64,000 bases of DNA. Source: Hormiphora californensis. Its lineage: Eukaryota > Animalia > Ctenophora. Location of the stretch: the NCBI GenBank assembly GCA_020137815.1, contig CM035352.1:5952001-6016000 (forward strand), in the 5' to 3' direction. The stretch's first letter is position 1. Every line of letters begins with the position of its first letter. Shown here piece by piece: positions 26,601 through 40,134 of this stretch. Both the position numbers and the translations under genes were made by a program. The notes under the pieces were generated by a model, which worked only from the letters and a program-made list of their open reading frames with translations, was not told the DNA's origin and did not search any database.

Positions 26601-28105
26601 ACCTCCTAATCTCTAAGAAACTTTCCCATTTTGACCTCCTAATCCCTAAGAAACTTTCCCATTTTGACCTCCTTATCTCTAAGACACTTTCCCACTTTGA
26701 CCTCCTTATCTCTAAGAAACTTTCCCAATTTGACCTCCTTATCTCTAAGAAACTTTCCCATTTTGACCTCCTTATCTCTAAGAAACTTTCCCACTTTGAC
26801 CTCCTTATCTCTAAGAAACTTTCCCAATTTGACCTCCTTATCTCTAAGAAACTTTCCCATTTTGACCTCCTTATCTCAAAGAAACTTGTCCCACTTTGAC
26901 CTCCTTATCTCTAAGAAACTTTCCCAATTTGACCTCCTTATCTCTAAGAAACTTTCCCATTTTGACCTCCTTATCTCTAAGAAACTTTCCCACTTTTACC
27001 TCCTTATCTCTAAGAAACTTTCCCACTTTGACCTCCTTATCTCTAAGAAACTTTCCCACTTTGACCTCCTTATCTCTAAGAAACTTTCCCACTTTGACCT
27101 CCTTATCTCTAAGAAACTTTCCCAATTTGACCTCCTTATCTCTAAGAAACTTTCCCATTTTGACCTCCTTATCTCTAAGAAACTTTCCCACTTTGACCTC
27201 CTTATCTCTAAGAAACTTTCCCACTTTGACCTCCTTATCTCAAAGAAACTTGTCCCACTTTGACCTCCTTATCTCTAAGAAACTTTCCCACTTTGACCTC
27301 GTTATCTCTAAGAAACTTTCCCAGTTTGACCTCCTTATCTCTAAGAAACTTTCCCAATTTAACCTCCTTATCTCAAAGAAACTTGTCCCATTTTGACCTC
27401 CTTATCTCTAAGAAACTTTCCCACTTTGACCTCCTTATCTCTAAGAAACTTTCCCACTTTGACCTCCTTATCTCTAAGAAACTTTCCCACTTTGACCTCC
27501 TTATCTCTAAGAAACTTTCCCACTTTGACCTCCTTATCTCTAAATAAACTTTCTCAATTTGACCTCCTTATCTCTAAGAAACTTTCCCACTTTGACCTCC
27601 TTATCTCTAAGAAACTTTCCCATTTTAACCTCCTAATCTTTTAGAAACTTTCCCACTTTGACCTCCTTATCTCTCAGAAACTTTCCCACTTTGACCTCCT
27701 AATCTTTAAGTAACTTGTCCCACTTTGACTTCCTAATCTCTAAGAAACTTTACCACTTTGACCTCCTAATCTCTAAGAAACTTTCCCATTTTGACCTCCT
27801 AATCCCTAAGAAACTTTCCCACTTTGACCTCCTTATCTCTAAGAAACTTTCCCATTTTGACCTCCTTATCTCTAAGAAACTAGTCCCACTTTGACCTCCT
27901 TATCTCTAAGAAACTTCTCCATTTTGACCTCCTAATTTCTAAGAAACTTTCCCATTTTAACCTCCTAATCTCTTAGAAACTTTCCCACTCTGACCTCCTA
28001 ATCTCTAAGAAACTTGTCCCACTTTGACCTCCTTATCTCTAAGAAACTTTCCCATTTTGACCTCCTAATCTCTAAGAAGCTTTCCCATTTTAACCTCCTA
28101 ATCTT
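17602..28105. repeat. 33-bp satellite (~315 monomers) with higher-order structure
   Basis: Consensus TTTCCCACTTTGACCTCCTTATCTCTAAGAAAC with 34-bp TTGTCCCA variants. The rare variant CTTAGAAACTCACCC recurs at ~19052, 20975, 22799 and 24656. Confidence 0.97.
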
Positions 28106-28339
28106 ACAAGTTTACAAGTTTATAAGTTTACAAAATTTAGTTCGGCATACAATCTATAAAGACAAATATACCACGTTCTCAGCATGTTGCTTCTACCTAC
28201 AGCATGTTGCTTTTATCTTTAAGAAACTTTCTTACTTTGTCCTCCTAATGAATCTCTAAGAAACTTTCCCACTTTGACCCATCTAATCTTAGATTAGGTG
28301 GGGGCAAAGTGGGAAAGGTTCTTAGCTGTGCAGATCTTC

Positions 28340-28810
28340 TTGAGTTTATGACATGCCACCCAAGCTTTAGCCTTCGTGGTACTAATGTCTTATGTCTCGA
28401 GTGGAGTCGGCGATTCAACTACCAAGATAGTTGAAGTCCTTTAGTTTACCCTCTTGATGCTTTCTCCCGATAGAGATGTTAATTGCCCTGGGTTATCGAT
28501 GCCCTCTGTCAGGAACTCTGTCTTGTCAAGGTTACAACGGGGGCCAATTTGGCCACACACGGTTTCCACCTCCTTGAGCAGAGATCCAAGTTGTTCAGTA
28601 ATAAATAAGTAAGGTGCGAGTGTATCTGGTATCACCCTGTAACACCACAGCAATTTCAAAGAGAGCAGATTCCTGATTCTTCGTAAGCGGTGATGACCTT
28701 TGCCCTTGTGTTGGTGTATAGCCAAGATATAGTGACATATCACATAAATGTGGTGTTTGAAGTTGAGGGAACGAGAACAACAGGAAACTGTCCCTGCTTA
28801 CCGACATCTA
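28340..28810 (-). pseudogene. Decayed RTE-type LINE reverse transcriptase fragment
   Basis: VLQGDT/DTLAPYLFI split by a short duplication, then ...NLDKTEF...GESIKRV...DFNYLGS, with frameshifts and stops. Confidence 0.75.
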
Positions 28811-28864
28811 AGGAAACCTTCCTGCCGATGAAGTAGTTAGGGGTAATAACACCGAATATCGCCT

Positions 28865-30584
28865 TGACTGGGAAAAATTTGTGTCAAGCTGATTTCTTCA
28901 CTAACGTGTCCCAATGGGTCCCCTCTAGCCCTCCTGAGTTTTTTCAAACTCGGGATGGAGTGCAACATGTTCATTTCCGGGTTTACTTTTTACCTGCATT
29001 TCTAGCCTGAGGCCAAAAACGTAACTACCCTTAGGAAAGGAGTAGAGAAGAAATCGAGGGCACTAGAGTGATCAGCGTCCTCGCATTAGTGGGGGTAGGT
29101 GCCGGAATTAAGTCTCTATCTCATCTGGTTAATTAGATAATTGGATAATTAGGTTTGCACACAACCGTTATTTGGCTATATGGCTATAGCCACTTAGGAA
29201 AGGAGTAGAGACAAAACCGAGGGCACTAAAATGATCAGCGTCCTCGAATTAGTGGGGGTAGGTGCTGAAATTAAGTCTCTATTTCATCTGGTTAATTAGA
29301 TAATTGGAAAATTAGGTTTGCGCATATAACCGTTTTTTGGCTAATATGGCTATAGCCACTTAGGAAGGGTTTAGAGACTTTTCATTGGTGCCATTTTGTA
29401 GGCAAAGCCAAGTTGTGGGGGGTCGACGTCGGACTTTTAAGCTCTATCTTCAACCGTTTAGCCGTTATTTGGCTTTAACGGTGTTCAAAATCGGGCTTTT
29501 TACCGTATTTTGCTCATTTTGAGCATCTTAAAAGCCATATAACGGCTAAACGATTGAAGATAGAGCTTAAAAGTCCGACGTCGACCCCCTACAACTTGGC
29601 TTTGCCTACAAAATGGCACCAATGAAAAGTCTCTAAACCCTTCCTAAGTGGCTATAGCCATATTACTGTAAAATTAGAAATTTTCGTGAGATTTTTATTT
29701 TCGCTCTTTATTTTTGGCTGGAAAATCCGCGAAAATTAATTCCGCGAAAATATTTTGGACGATTTTTTACAGAAAATAATGGTCATGTGACCACTGCTCT
29801 TATACGTGGCAAGGGATTCAGTAGGAGTTGTAAGCCAATGAGATGTGAGCCTTTTCTGTCTCATCCCTGATTGGCTATCTCTTAGAGCCAATCAGCAATG
29901 AGAAAATGCTCACATTTCATTGGTCTACGCCAAGCAGGTCTGGTGTCTCATGGCAATGATGACTGCACTCTTGGCGTAATTAGACAATAGACTAGGACCG
30001 TGAAATGGGGGTAGCAGTGGGATTAGCGAAAATTAAAATCGCGAAAATAGTAAATTTTGATCGAATCGCGAAAATTAATTGCCTCGAAAATATCTAGTTT
30101 TACAGTAGCCAAAAAACGGTTATGCGCAAACCTAATTATCCAATTATCTAATTAACCAGATGAAATAGAGACTTAATTTCAGCACCTACCCCCACTAATT
30201 CGAGGACGCTGATCATTTTAGTGCCCTCGGTTTTGTCTCTACTCCTTTCCTAAGTGGCTATAGCCATATAGCCAACAAACGGTTGTGTGCAAACCTAATT
30301 ATCCAATTATCTAATTAACCAGATGAGATAGAGACTTAATTCCGGCACCTACCCCCACTAATGCGAGGACGCTGATCACTCTAGTGCCCTCAATTTTTTC
30401 TCTACTCCTTTCCTAAGGGTAGTTACGTTTTTGGCCTCAGGCTAGAAATGCAGGTAAAAAGTAAACCCGGAAATGAATATGTTGCACTCCATCCCGAGTT
30501 TGAAAAAACTCAGGAGGGCTAGAGGGGACCCATTGGGACACATTAGTGAAGAAATCAGCTTAACACAAATTTTTTTCCCCGTCA
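28865..30584. mobile_element. Large fold-back element with ~640-bp inverted arms containing ~155-bp subrepeats
   Basis: 28865-29490 is the reverse complement of 29535-29665 + 30106-30584; centre near 29510. Confidence 0.85.
29666..30105. mobile_element. Tc1/mariner-type MITE nested in the fold-back right arm
   Basis: TA|CTGTAAAATTAGA ... TCTAGTTTTACAG|TA. The left arm shows the empty site GCCATATTAGCC. Confidence 0.9.
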
Positions 30585-31581
30585 CCCGACTACTGCCCCT
30601 AATAAAGGGGCATGATTCAACGGAGGACGCGGCGACGTCAAGACACTGATGAGTGCGCGCGCATGCAGTATATTTCCCGCGGAACGCGCAGGTTCTGACA
30701 AGCGCCTCAGATACAACCACTTGAGTGTCGTTAAACTGATATGATAAATGTATCCCTTAGCAAATAGAAGGAGGAATACAAATTCGAAAAGGATCTCTGA
30801 TAATGCTCCAGGAACATTATTTTGGGGTATGTATTTAGTCATGGACAGATCTCAAACCCATAAATGTGGTTGCTGAACTGTGAACGTTGAACGAATTTAT
30901 TCATTGTTTATTTTCAGGGAGTGGACTTCAAAACTCAAGATTCAACTGGCAAACACCCATATTTTCCGTAAGTTTAATTCACTCCTTCATCTGTTTTTCC
31001 TTTCTCTTTTTTTTTCTCTTTTTTTTTCTCACAGCATCACCGCGGTTTTAATAAAAACAGTGACAGTTCTTTTGAAACAGACACGTAGTACAACTCGACA
31101 GTTAATGTTATCTGTCATGAACATGATATTGCTGTGGAGTAAAACGTGTCAAATTAAATGTACTACAGACGCCCAACAATTACCGATTGACATAGTGATA
31201 ATGTAGTCTACCTAATAAGATAAAGAATCCACTACCGCTATTTTTTATCACATTCCTCAATTCAATTAGGTGTACTTCTAAAACCGCTCCTTGTTTGTCA
31301 TTAAACAACAATCACCTGTGTATGTTACCGTCACTGTTTCCCATTAACAGCCTGTGCTGCAGTACACCATTAACATATTTCATGTATTTCTCTTTAAACT
31401 GCATTGTTACAGTTTGTGTAACTTACAAATTTACCATGTGCACGCACATGGGTACGTGTTACAGCAAGATGATGTATACCAAAGTTGCCAGCATTTGCCG
31501 GCAGTTAGTATGTCGGTGTGTTCGTCGAGTCGTGCCGTTTTATTACCATTATTGCATGGGCTTATAACGGACTGGGAGAGG

Positions 31582-31645
<64 letters not shown>

Positions 31646-32400
31646 AGATAGGCAACGATAGCGAGAAACGTGATCCTATTCCTTCGGTTTCCCTTCCCTC
31701 TCAGGTGTGGGGTTAGGTCCTTTGGGTCTCCCTTTTCGGGATGCCCCGTATGCATCACTCCCTTTTCTTACTTCCCGGAGAAAGGGAACGAGGCCTTTTT
31801 TTAAATGTCGCTTCCTTCTGGGGGTTTATTCTTCTCTGCTTTCACCATTTCCGCTAAACCAAAAATTACACTCCAAGACTCTCAGCGTCCATGTCATCGA
31901 TCGGGCCGCCCGCAATTTTGGTGGTAAATTTTTTCCGTTGCCATGCCCCGTTCACCCCCTTTTCTATTAACTCTTAATTCGTCCCGCTCTCTACAATTGT
32001 ACGTTTCTCCCCTCCTCTTTTGCTAGTTCCGTATCTATCTCCCGCTTTTAAAAAACTCGGGTTAAAGATGAAGGACTAGAGGAAAATCGCAGAGAGGTCT
32101 ATTAAAGGAGTTGGGAGAGCCCCCTTCCGTGAGGATAGTTTTACTACCCGTCCCGAGATAATTTAAAACCCTTCAAGATATAAAGGTTCAAGAGGGTAGT
32201 TCCATTCGGAGTTGCAACCCCCTGAAGATAGTACCCCAAGATAGGCCCTCCAGAGATATTTTCCCCTCCCCTTCCGAAGGATGTTTACCCCCTTCAAGAA
32301 AAGTTGCCCGTTCATGCTAACCCATACCCCCTTTTACGAAAGGGGGGGGGAAAAGGGAGGGAACGAGCAAAGAGGAAGAAAAGAGACAGGAGAATGAGAG

Positions 32401-32434
<34 letters not shown>

Positions 32435-32576
32435 CAGAGGGATAGAGAGAGAAGGGGAGAGATAGGGCAAGATAGAGAGAGAGGGGAAGGGGTGAGAGAT
32501 GTAATATTTAACGGCCGTACACCATGGGTTTTGTTAAGTGGCTCAACTCATACTTGTGTGGTGTTATACTTCCTAT

Positions 32577-32685
32577 CAGGAATCGACCGAATCAGGAAAT
32601 AGTGGTCCCTGATTGGCTGATAACCAGTCACGTGACCTAAATAAAGAGTTCTGATTGGTTGTTTATTTGTTTCGGTCGGTTCCTG
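32577..32685. mobile_element. 109-bp hAT-type MITE
   Basis: TIRs CAGGAATCGACCGAA / TTCGGTCGGTTCCTG; 8-bp TSD CTTCCTAT / CTTCCTAC. Confidence 0.9.
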
Positions 32686-32723
32686 CTTCCTACACCACTT
32701 TTCATTCCCACTCTCTATATATA

Positions 32724-32838
32724 CCCTACTAAAATATAGTTCGACGCGACGCGCGATCGATGAACGATCGATAAACGATCGTTTATCGATCGTTCATCGA
32801 TCGCGCGTCGCGTCGCGTCGAACTATATTTTAGTAGGG
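32724..32838. repeat. Spacer-less near-perfect CpG-rich palindrome (MITE-like, TA flanks)
   Basis: CCCTACTAAAATATAGTTCGACGCG...AAACGATCGTTT...CGCGTCGAACTATATTTTAGTAGGG. Confidence 0.9.
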
Positions 32839-33040
32839 TAGGTACATCTATTTCTGCCCCATTTGTGGCCACTGACCACTAGGGCAAGAGAATCAGCTAT
32901 TGTCAAGTGTAATGATTATAACGTTCGTGTCAAAGTCTGGTGACACGTTCAGTTCTCTCGTGCTTTCATTATATAGGGGCTTTGTTCTTCAGTGCCTCGT
33001 TAATGAGAGGGAGATAGAGAGGGAGAGAGAGGGATAGATG

Positions 33041-33132
<92 letters not shown>

Positions 33133-34016
33133 GGGATAGAGAGGGATAGAGAGGGATAGATGGAGAGAGAAAGAGAGAGGTCTCTAATAGTGAAGAGGTG
33201 AATGACATTGTTTGAGACACCATTGTCAATTGTCATGCAAAGTAAGTTGATTATATAGAGCTGTCAAAAATGAGCGAACTAGAAACGAGGAATTCCTAAT
33301 TATTTATTAGTTTCTTGCTTTTCTTGTTCTCAGCAGTTTCAGCTTCCTTCTTTTTTGTATTTGTAATGAAGGCTCCGCTAATCTTCTCGCTAGAGCAAAT
33401 CACTTTACTTGATACTCGACCCTTCTTCTTCTGTGAACAGAAGAAGAAGGGTCTGAGCACCCTTTACTAAGATATGGAAATCTCCTTTCCCTACGCACTA
33501 CGGTATTTTCTGTCTCCGAATCTCTGATATCAATTTTCCTTTTTTTTCTCGCTACGAACTTTCCTCTCCTGGCCTGGTTAAGTCTTCACGCCGCTGGGGT
33601 GGTGGGCCTTATAGAAAACTCGATTACCTTCATTCCTCCTCATTACCATCCCTCCCCCAACCTTCCCTGATTGCAGCTAATGTTACCTGGCTCCCTTTCC
33701 TGCAGCTCCGCACCTTCACCTGCGACTTTAATTGTTCTGCCTATGATACCACTCTCTCCTTCTCTCACTATCTTTTCTCCCCTTCTTTTTCTCTCTCTCT
33801 CCCTCCTTCCCTCCCTCCCCCCTCCCCCCCCTTAGCCAGCGACCTCTTCATTCCTGCTCCTTGCAAAAACTCTTATCTCCTATTCCCACGAATGATGCAA
33901 TGGTGACAGGATATAATTAGGACGTCTGTAGTAACAATCTTTCTGTAGTAAATATTGCTATAGCCTGACTAAGATTTTAGAAAACTTGTATTTCCCGATA
34001 TATATGATATCAGTTA

Positions 34017-34120
34017 TTATGCCAAAAACTAACAGAAATTAGTTGGCTGGAAAGGTGACCACTTTTGTTGTCAAACTGACACCTTTGCCCTCTCCGGGTT
34101 TCATCATTATCTTTCCCTCT

Positions 34121-34206
<86 letters not shown>

Positions 34207-34344
34207 CCTATCTTTCTCTCTTCTCAAACTCCCTGATTTACCCCATCGATGATATTCGTAACCCGGGCCGGGCAAAGGTGTCAGTTTGACAACAAAAGTG
34301 GTCACCTTTCCAGCCAACTAATTTCTGTTAGTTTTTGGCATAAT
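34017..34344. repeat. ~74-bp perfect inverted repeat enclosing a (CT)n tract
   Basis: 34017-34090 is the reverse complement of 34271-34343. Confidence 0.9.
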
Positions 34345-35231
34345 TGGGGTATATTTTTGGTATTTTCTGATGTGAAATACAATGTAAGACGTGTCTGGAC
34401 GTGTAAAGACCGTCAGGAATCGCTAAAATACGAAAATTTCAATTTTGACGTCATTATGACGTCATAGCGTGACGTCAAGACGTTATAACGTCAAGATAGG
34501 GATGTATTATTATCAGGCTCATCTAGATAAAGATGCTGACCAAGTTTGAGATCGATTGGACAAGATTTGAGGTCGCTATGGCGAAAAACGCATTATCGTC
34601 ATATCTATTTTCATACAGTCTTACACTTCAGACGCGATTTGAGACCCTTAGAAATAGAGTTTCACAAATTCGCGATATAGTTTCTGAAAGTATAGACGAT
34701 TATCTTTCGTAAGTGTCATCTCTGTCTTTCAATCAGAAGCTGTCTTTAGGGTGTAAATTGAGCTCAAAGAAATTTGGTTGATTTGAAAAAACTCTTATCT
34801 TTATGACAGTTAGTCAAGACGTTCTGGTTGGACTTAGAACATGAAAACCATTCGTTGACACAATTTGAACGATTATCTTTCGAATGCAACAAACGAGAAG
34901 TGTCTATCTCATGTCGTTTTCTTCAAAAACGATTATAAATTGGTAAAATAGCGTCTATCCATAGATAGATAGACCCGGGACATTTATTGCTTTGGCACGA
35001 TGCTGTATCTCTAAAACTAAAAGAGATAGAGACTTGCCCTTTTAAACTACAGTAGATCTAGAATATGTGACACTGTATACCAAATTTCAGACTGATTGGT
35101 GCAGTGGGGGCCTCGCTATGGGCGTCGCAAAATGCCATTTTTGGCTAAAAAGTGAAAAAAGTTATTACTGCATTCTGGCACGCACAGCTGGGGGGAGGGG
35201 ATGGTCACCTTTGCGCTTGCCAGCGCAGTGA
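34260..35231. mobile_element. Possible Helentron/DINE-1-like non-autonomous element
   Basis: Subterminal AAAGGTG/CACCTTT inverted motifs and a 3' stem-loop TGCGCT-TGCC-AGCGCA followed by TT. No TSD. Confidence 0.45.
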
Positions 35232-36654
35232 TTATTCACCACGTTGTGAAATATGGGTTCTCGTATACCTATTTGGTGATGATGTGCTAGCACTGTCTTT
35301 CAACAGCAACAATTGCAAAGTGTGCCACTAGCTTGTTAAAAGGGTCTTTATCCTTCAGGGTTTAACTATCAGAATACACATGAAATGTGGGCAGCAGCGA
35401 TCCCACTATATATCTTGTCAGTACACCAGCCCCATACCCAGTCGGTGATTAGCTAAATTGAACTTGCTCAATGTGCGTGTGTGTCTAACTGTTACAAGGG
35501 TCTTTATCCCTCTGCAGGTCTCTCAGGATGACCTTGTTACAAAAAGTAGCCAAGTCCGGTCATGAACATTATCGGGTAAAGGGAGCCCTCGATGGTTAGG
35601 CAACAAATTATAATTCTCCGTTACATAATGCGGTAATATATCAATGATGTAACTTGTCAGGATGATTCAGTAGAATTTTGGTAATATTCTCTCTGCCCCG
35701 CTGCGACATATGATACGAGCACTATGTCCCCTGGAGCAGCGTGTATGTGATCCCTATTATACATCTTCTATCTGCAGTATACACGGTCAGTTCTAATTCC
35801 TTCTTCCAGCACACTTTGCCATAGAGTAGCAGCCTTTCCAAGATCTCTCTCTCCAAGATCTCTCTCTCTCTCTCTTTTTAGTATACTTTATTACAGGCAG
35901 GCTTTTGAATACCAAATAACACGCACAGAGCTTTTGTCCTGAGGCTAGGTAGCTGCTGCAGCAGTTGTACATTACCAAGTACTTGGATTTGTAGTTGGAC
36001 ATTCGTCTCTCTGTTCCTCTGTGACTTCTCTTTCTTCCCTTTATATAATACTCTCACTTTTTTTCTCTCTACCCCTGGATGCAGTAGCTACTGGGCTGCT
36101 TATGTTCTTCTCTTGATCAAACCGAAGCTGCTTTGTTCCTTATGACTCGTCCACACGCAAACGGTCTGATTGCACCTTTTCGTAGGCTACTGAGTGTAAC
36201 AGAGATCGTTACCCCCGTACACGTTGAATTTCGATAAATTAGGAGGGTTATGCCTGATTGACACACGCGTGTTTGGAAGGGCAACCTACCCAAATTAGAC
36301 GGTTAATTCCAATGGTGGTTTAGCTCTTATTTCCGGACACGGGAAGAGTAGATGGCGAAAAATAGCCGGAGAGAGTATGCTGGATGAGAAAGAGGAGATC
36401 AGAGCAGGACCTACCCAATTGTCACTCGGCCATATTACTTACACCAAAATGTGGTGTCTTTCTGCGGTATCTTACATTACGCGTATGGGGAGCAGTGCAA
36501 CCTGGTGAGGATCAGAGATAGCAGAGACGAGCCTTTTTCTATTTACTTACGACCCGTGGCGGTGTCTGACGAGAGACGACATTAAGCAGTAAAAGAGGAG
36601 CAGTAACCGCTCGAATCATGGGGTAATGAGTGAGAGAGGGAGAGAGAGAGAGAG

Positions 36655-36735
<81 letters not shown>

Positions 36736-37396
36736 GAGAGAGGGGAGCGAGAACTGGGGAGATATAATACTGCTACTGACAGTATCTTGACACATTGTAG
36801 ACAAAACCTTTTTATGCTTGTTGAACTTACAGTTTTGACAGTTTCTATCAGTGTACTCCTTCGTCTCGTTATTTAGCTTTATCTCTGTCTCTCTCTGTCG
36901 ATGTCTCTGTCTCTTTGTCTTTCTCTCTCCTTCTCTCCGTTGGTCTCACAGCTTTTAATTCGTATTTGCAATCAAAGATGTTCATTCCAACAGCTTCTGA
37001 CTCACGCATAGTGATCAAACTAACGCACTCAAATATATCTAATCTGAGTCCTCTCACTAAGATCAACTAGGAGACTTGGTGTGTGGTGTACCATGCTCAT
37101 TCGACAACACACACTCACACCACAATCTCATTCACAATTAATCTGAGAGCTTATAGAACCACCCCACTTTGTGTTATAATACTCACCTTATACACAGCGA
37201 TACTGCTCTCTGCATCCCCTTCTCTCTGTTCATTGAATGCTTTTAACCCCTATAATACCTGCTTTTACTAGCTATTCTGCTTTATTACACCGCTAATGCA
37301 CGGACACCACTAAAGTAGTAGCCCTTTGTGTGTCTAATGTCTATGTTATTATTCCACAGATAGGCCGAACTACATTGTTCCATAGTATTTTGGGTA

Positions 37397-38343
37397 TAGT
37401 AGAGTCGATAAGAACACTCACCTCCTCCGATTTCAGTAAAACTTCTCACATGCTAAAATATGATAATGGAGGTACAAATACCGCTTATTTTAGGTCCAAA
37501 AAGTTTTTGGTTCGTTAATTATCGCTAATTGAAAAACGCCAAAAATGGGCTAAAATGGCCCTTAAGGTGGATTTGAAATTTTGGAGTTGGAACTCCAGAC
37601 TTCGTACAGGTGTCCGCTAAGATGCCAATATGCACCACAGGCGGGCTCAGGCCTAAATTCGTCCGAATTTTTGCGTAAGACCGGATGGCGTAAATCTTGG
37701 TCACGTGACCTCGGCTAACTTCTGAACCGCTCAAGTAAGGGATGTTTATAACCTGCTTAATCGATGCAGAATATGATGAAAATGACACGTTTTGACATCA
37801 TTTTTCATCCCAGACGCACAGGAAAGACACAAATCGCCTTACAAAATTGACGCCATCTAGTCTCCCGCTCTTTTTTTGCAAAACTCTAACTTCTGAACCG
37901 TTGAAGTAAGGGAGGTTCATAGCCTGCTTAATCGATGCAGAAAGAAAAATAAATGAGAGGAAATGGCCTTATTTTTCATCTCCGGCGTGCAGGAAAGGCA
38001 CAAATAGCAAAAAACTGATTTTTTGCCCAAATCACGTGACCAAAATTCACGCCATCCGGCCTTACGCAAAAATTCGGACGAATTTAGGCCTGAGCCCGCC
38101 TGTGGTGCATATTGGCATCCTAGCGGACACCTGTACGAAGTCTGGAGTTCCAACTCCAAAATTTCAAATCCACCTTAAGGGCCATTTTAGCCCATTTTTG
38201 GCGTTTTTCAATTAGCGATAATTAACGAACCAAAAGTTTTTCGGACCTAAAATAAGCGGTATTTGTACCTCCATTATCATATGTTAGCATGTGAGAAGTT
38301 TCACTGAAATCGGAGGAGGTGAGTGTTCTTATCGACTCTACTA
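37397..38343. mobile_element. 947-bp fold-back MITE with TAGTAGAGTCGATAA termini and a GTA TSD (Academ-like)
   Basis: ~300-bp inverted arms; GTA|TAGTAGAGTCG ... CGACTCTACTA|GTA. Confidence 0.9.
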
Positions 38344-38788
38344 GTAGGTACTTTCTGTAGACCGGAAAATATTGACTGTGGCTGTGGAATTTGAAAGTTG
38401 TATCTTCAGGGGTCACTTGATGTTTCAACTTAAAATTTAATTTACACTTCCTGATCCACAGTCAACAGTGTGTGTATGTATTTGTGCAGAGAGAGAGACA
38501 CGTTATTGCTGTTTACACCATGTGTATACCGGCCTGTTATGTGCCACCACGTACACTGTTAACATTGTGTGGTTTTGTGTCACTAATAAAATATGTATCT
38601 AGCAACCATTGATTGTATCTTGCTGCCTAGTTTTGTTAGTAAAATCAAACAGAATAATGCCCCGACCCAGAATAATGCCCCGACCCATTTGTGCTGTTCC
38701 ACCTTATAAAATAAAAAATAATAGTATGAACAATACAACGACCCATAACTAATCCTTAAATGTTTCAATCTAGCCTATCATAGTATCG

Positions 38789-40059
38789 ATGTACAATCCG
38801 CTGCCAACTGACAGCCCAGTAGACCTACCACCTCCCGCCGAACCCGCAGCTGTGACTGGGGATGAAGAAAACGGAGAAGAGGATGGAAGAGAGCCTCTGG
38901 ATACCAGTACCGATCCGTCAGGTTAGTCATTTCATTCATTCACGGTATTCAATGCACGCAGTTCATTTAGAATCAAACCTGCGACAAGCAATGCCTTCAG
39001 CCCCTGATGCAGATGCGTTTACCTCAACATTCCAAATTCGTCCGTGCTTGTCACTTGTCCTCAATATTGAGTCATTTTCCGCGATCACTGTCTCCAGGCC
39101 GCTACAATCCCGTTACCTCCGATTCCCCTTGTCTGGGGATATCCATGCTATATTTGGTGGTCGTTGCGGTACTGGCGATATACATGAAGAGCCTTTCTAC
39201 CAATCCAGAGCGAGTAGCAACAGCTCTCAATGGGATTAATATTATTCAGAATATTCGTACTGCTTGTGATAAATAATCAATCCCCAAGATGTTGGATCGT
39301 ACGAAGAAGTCTTCTTGGAGAATCGGATCCCGGTTGATTATATTCTGCTTCCTTTAGAATGATCCTGCTTGTCCTTATCATCTCGTTTAACGTGTCGAGT
39401 ATATGGGGGAATATAATACGCTATTGACAATCCTTCATGCAGTTGCAGTATATATGTTTACCCTGTGTCTCACTTCCTGCGTGGTATGGGTAATACCCGA
39501 TCCTCCTGATTCTGTGGGCGCTTCCGTCCCAACGCTGTAATGTTTACTTACCGACATTACTCTTTTCCAGCTCCCGTGATTACTTGCTCTACCATATAAC
39601 ATAATATCTATCTCTATTTCTCTTTCTCTCTCTCTCACAGTTGGTATCCTCCTTTAAATTCCTAGAGCATGCCCTCTCAGTATTTGTTTAGCCGCTTCAA
39701 TACGTGACTACAGTCGGACCCCGATTTAGTGGCCCCCGATTTAGTGGCACCCCGATTTAGTGGCAGGATTTTTTTTCCCCCGATATAGGAAATCAACATT
39801 ATTTGACCCCGATTTAGTGGCACCCCGATTTAGTGGCAGGATTTTTTCCCCCGAGAATGCCACTAAATCGGGGTCCGACTGTATAAGGAACAATTCCCTA
39901 CTTGCCCCCTTCTTTACTTGCTTTAACATGTAATTTACCCCCCCCCCCTTTTTTGTTAGTCTGTCTGCGTGTAAGAGCTGCTTGTTATGTCCGATGACCA
40001 AGTCTTTTTAACATGCTTGCTTGTATGTTCACGGGAACATCTGCTTTCCTGCTCTCTCA

Positions 40060-40134
<75 letters not shown>

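Noticed and set aside
17602-28105. CRISPR array
   Set aside because: Head-to-tail monomers without unique spacers, no cas genes, eukaryotic context.
17744-28259. Dozens of LTSLSLRNFP ORFs resembling leucine-rich repeats
   Set aside because: These are translations of a 33-bp satellite: frames switch at each 34-bp monomer, both strands are open, and there are no true starts or splice context.
30760-31040. Small plus-strand exon-like segments (AG...GTATGT, AG...GTAAGT)
   Set aside because: No recognisable protein or start could be assembled; possibly non-coding exons, but unsupported.
31680-32480. Unusual homopolymer-rich segment
   Set aside because: Bounded by (GA)n tracts and has the signature of noisy long-read consensus; not interpretable.
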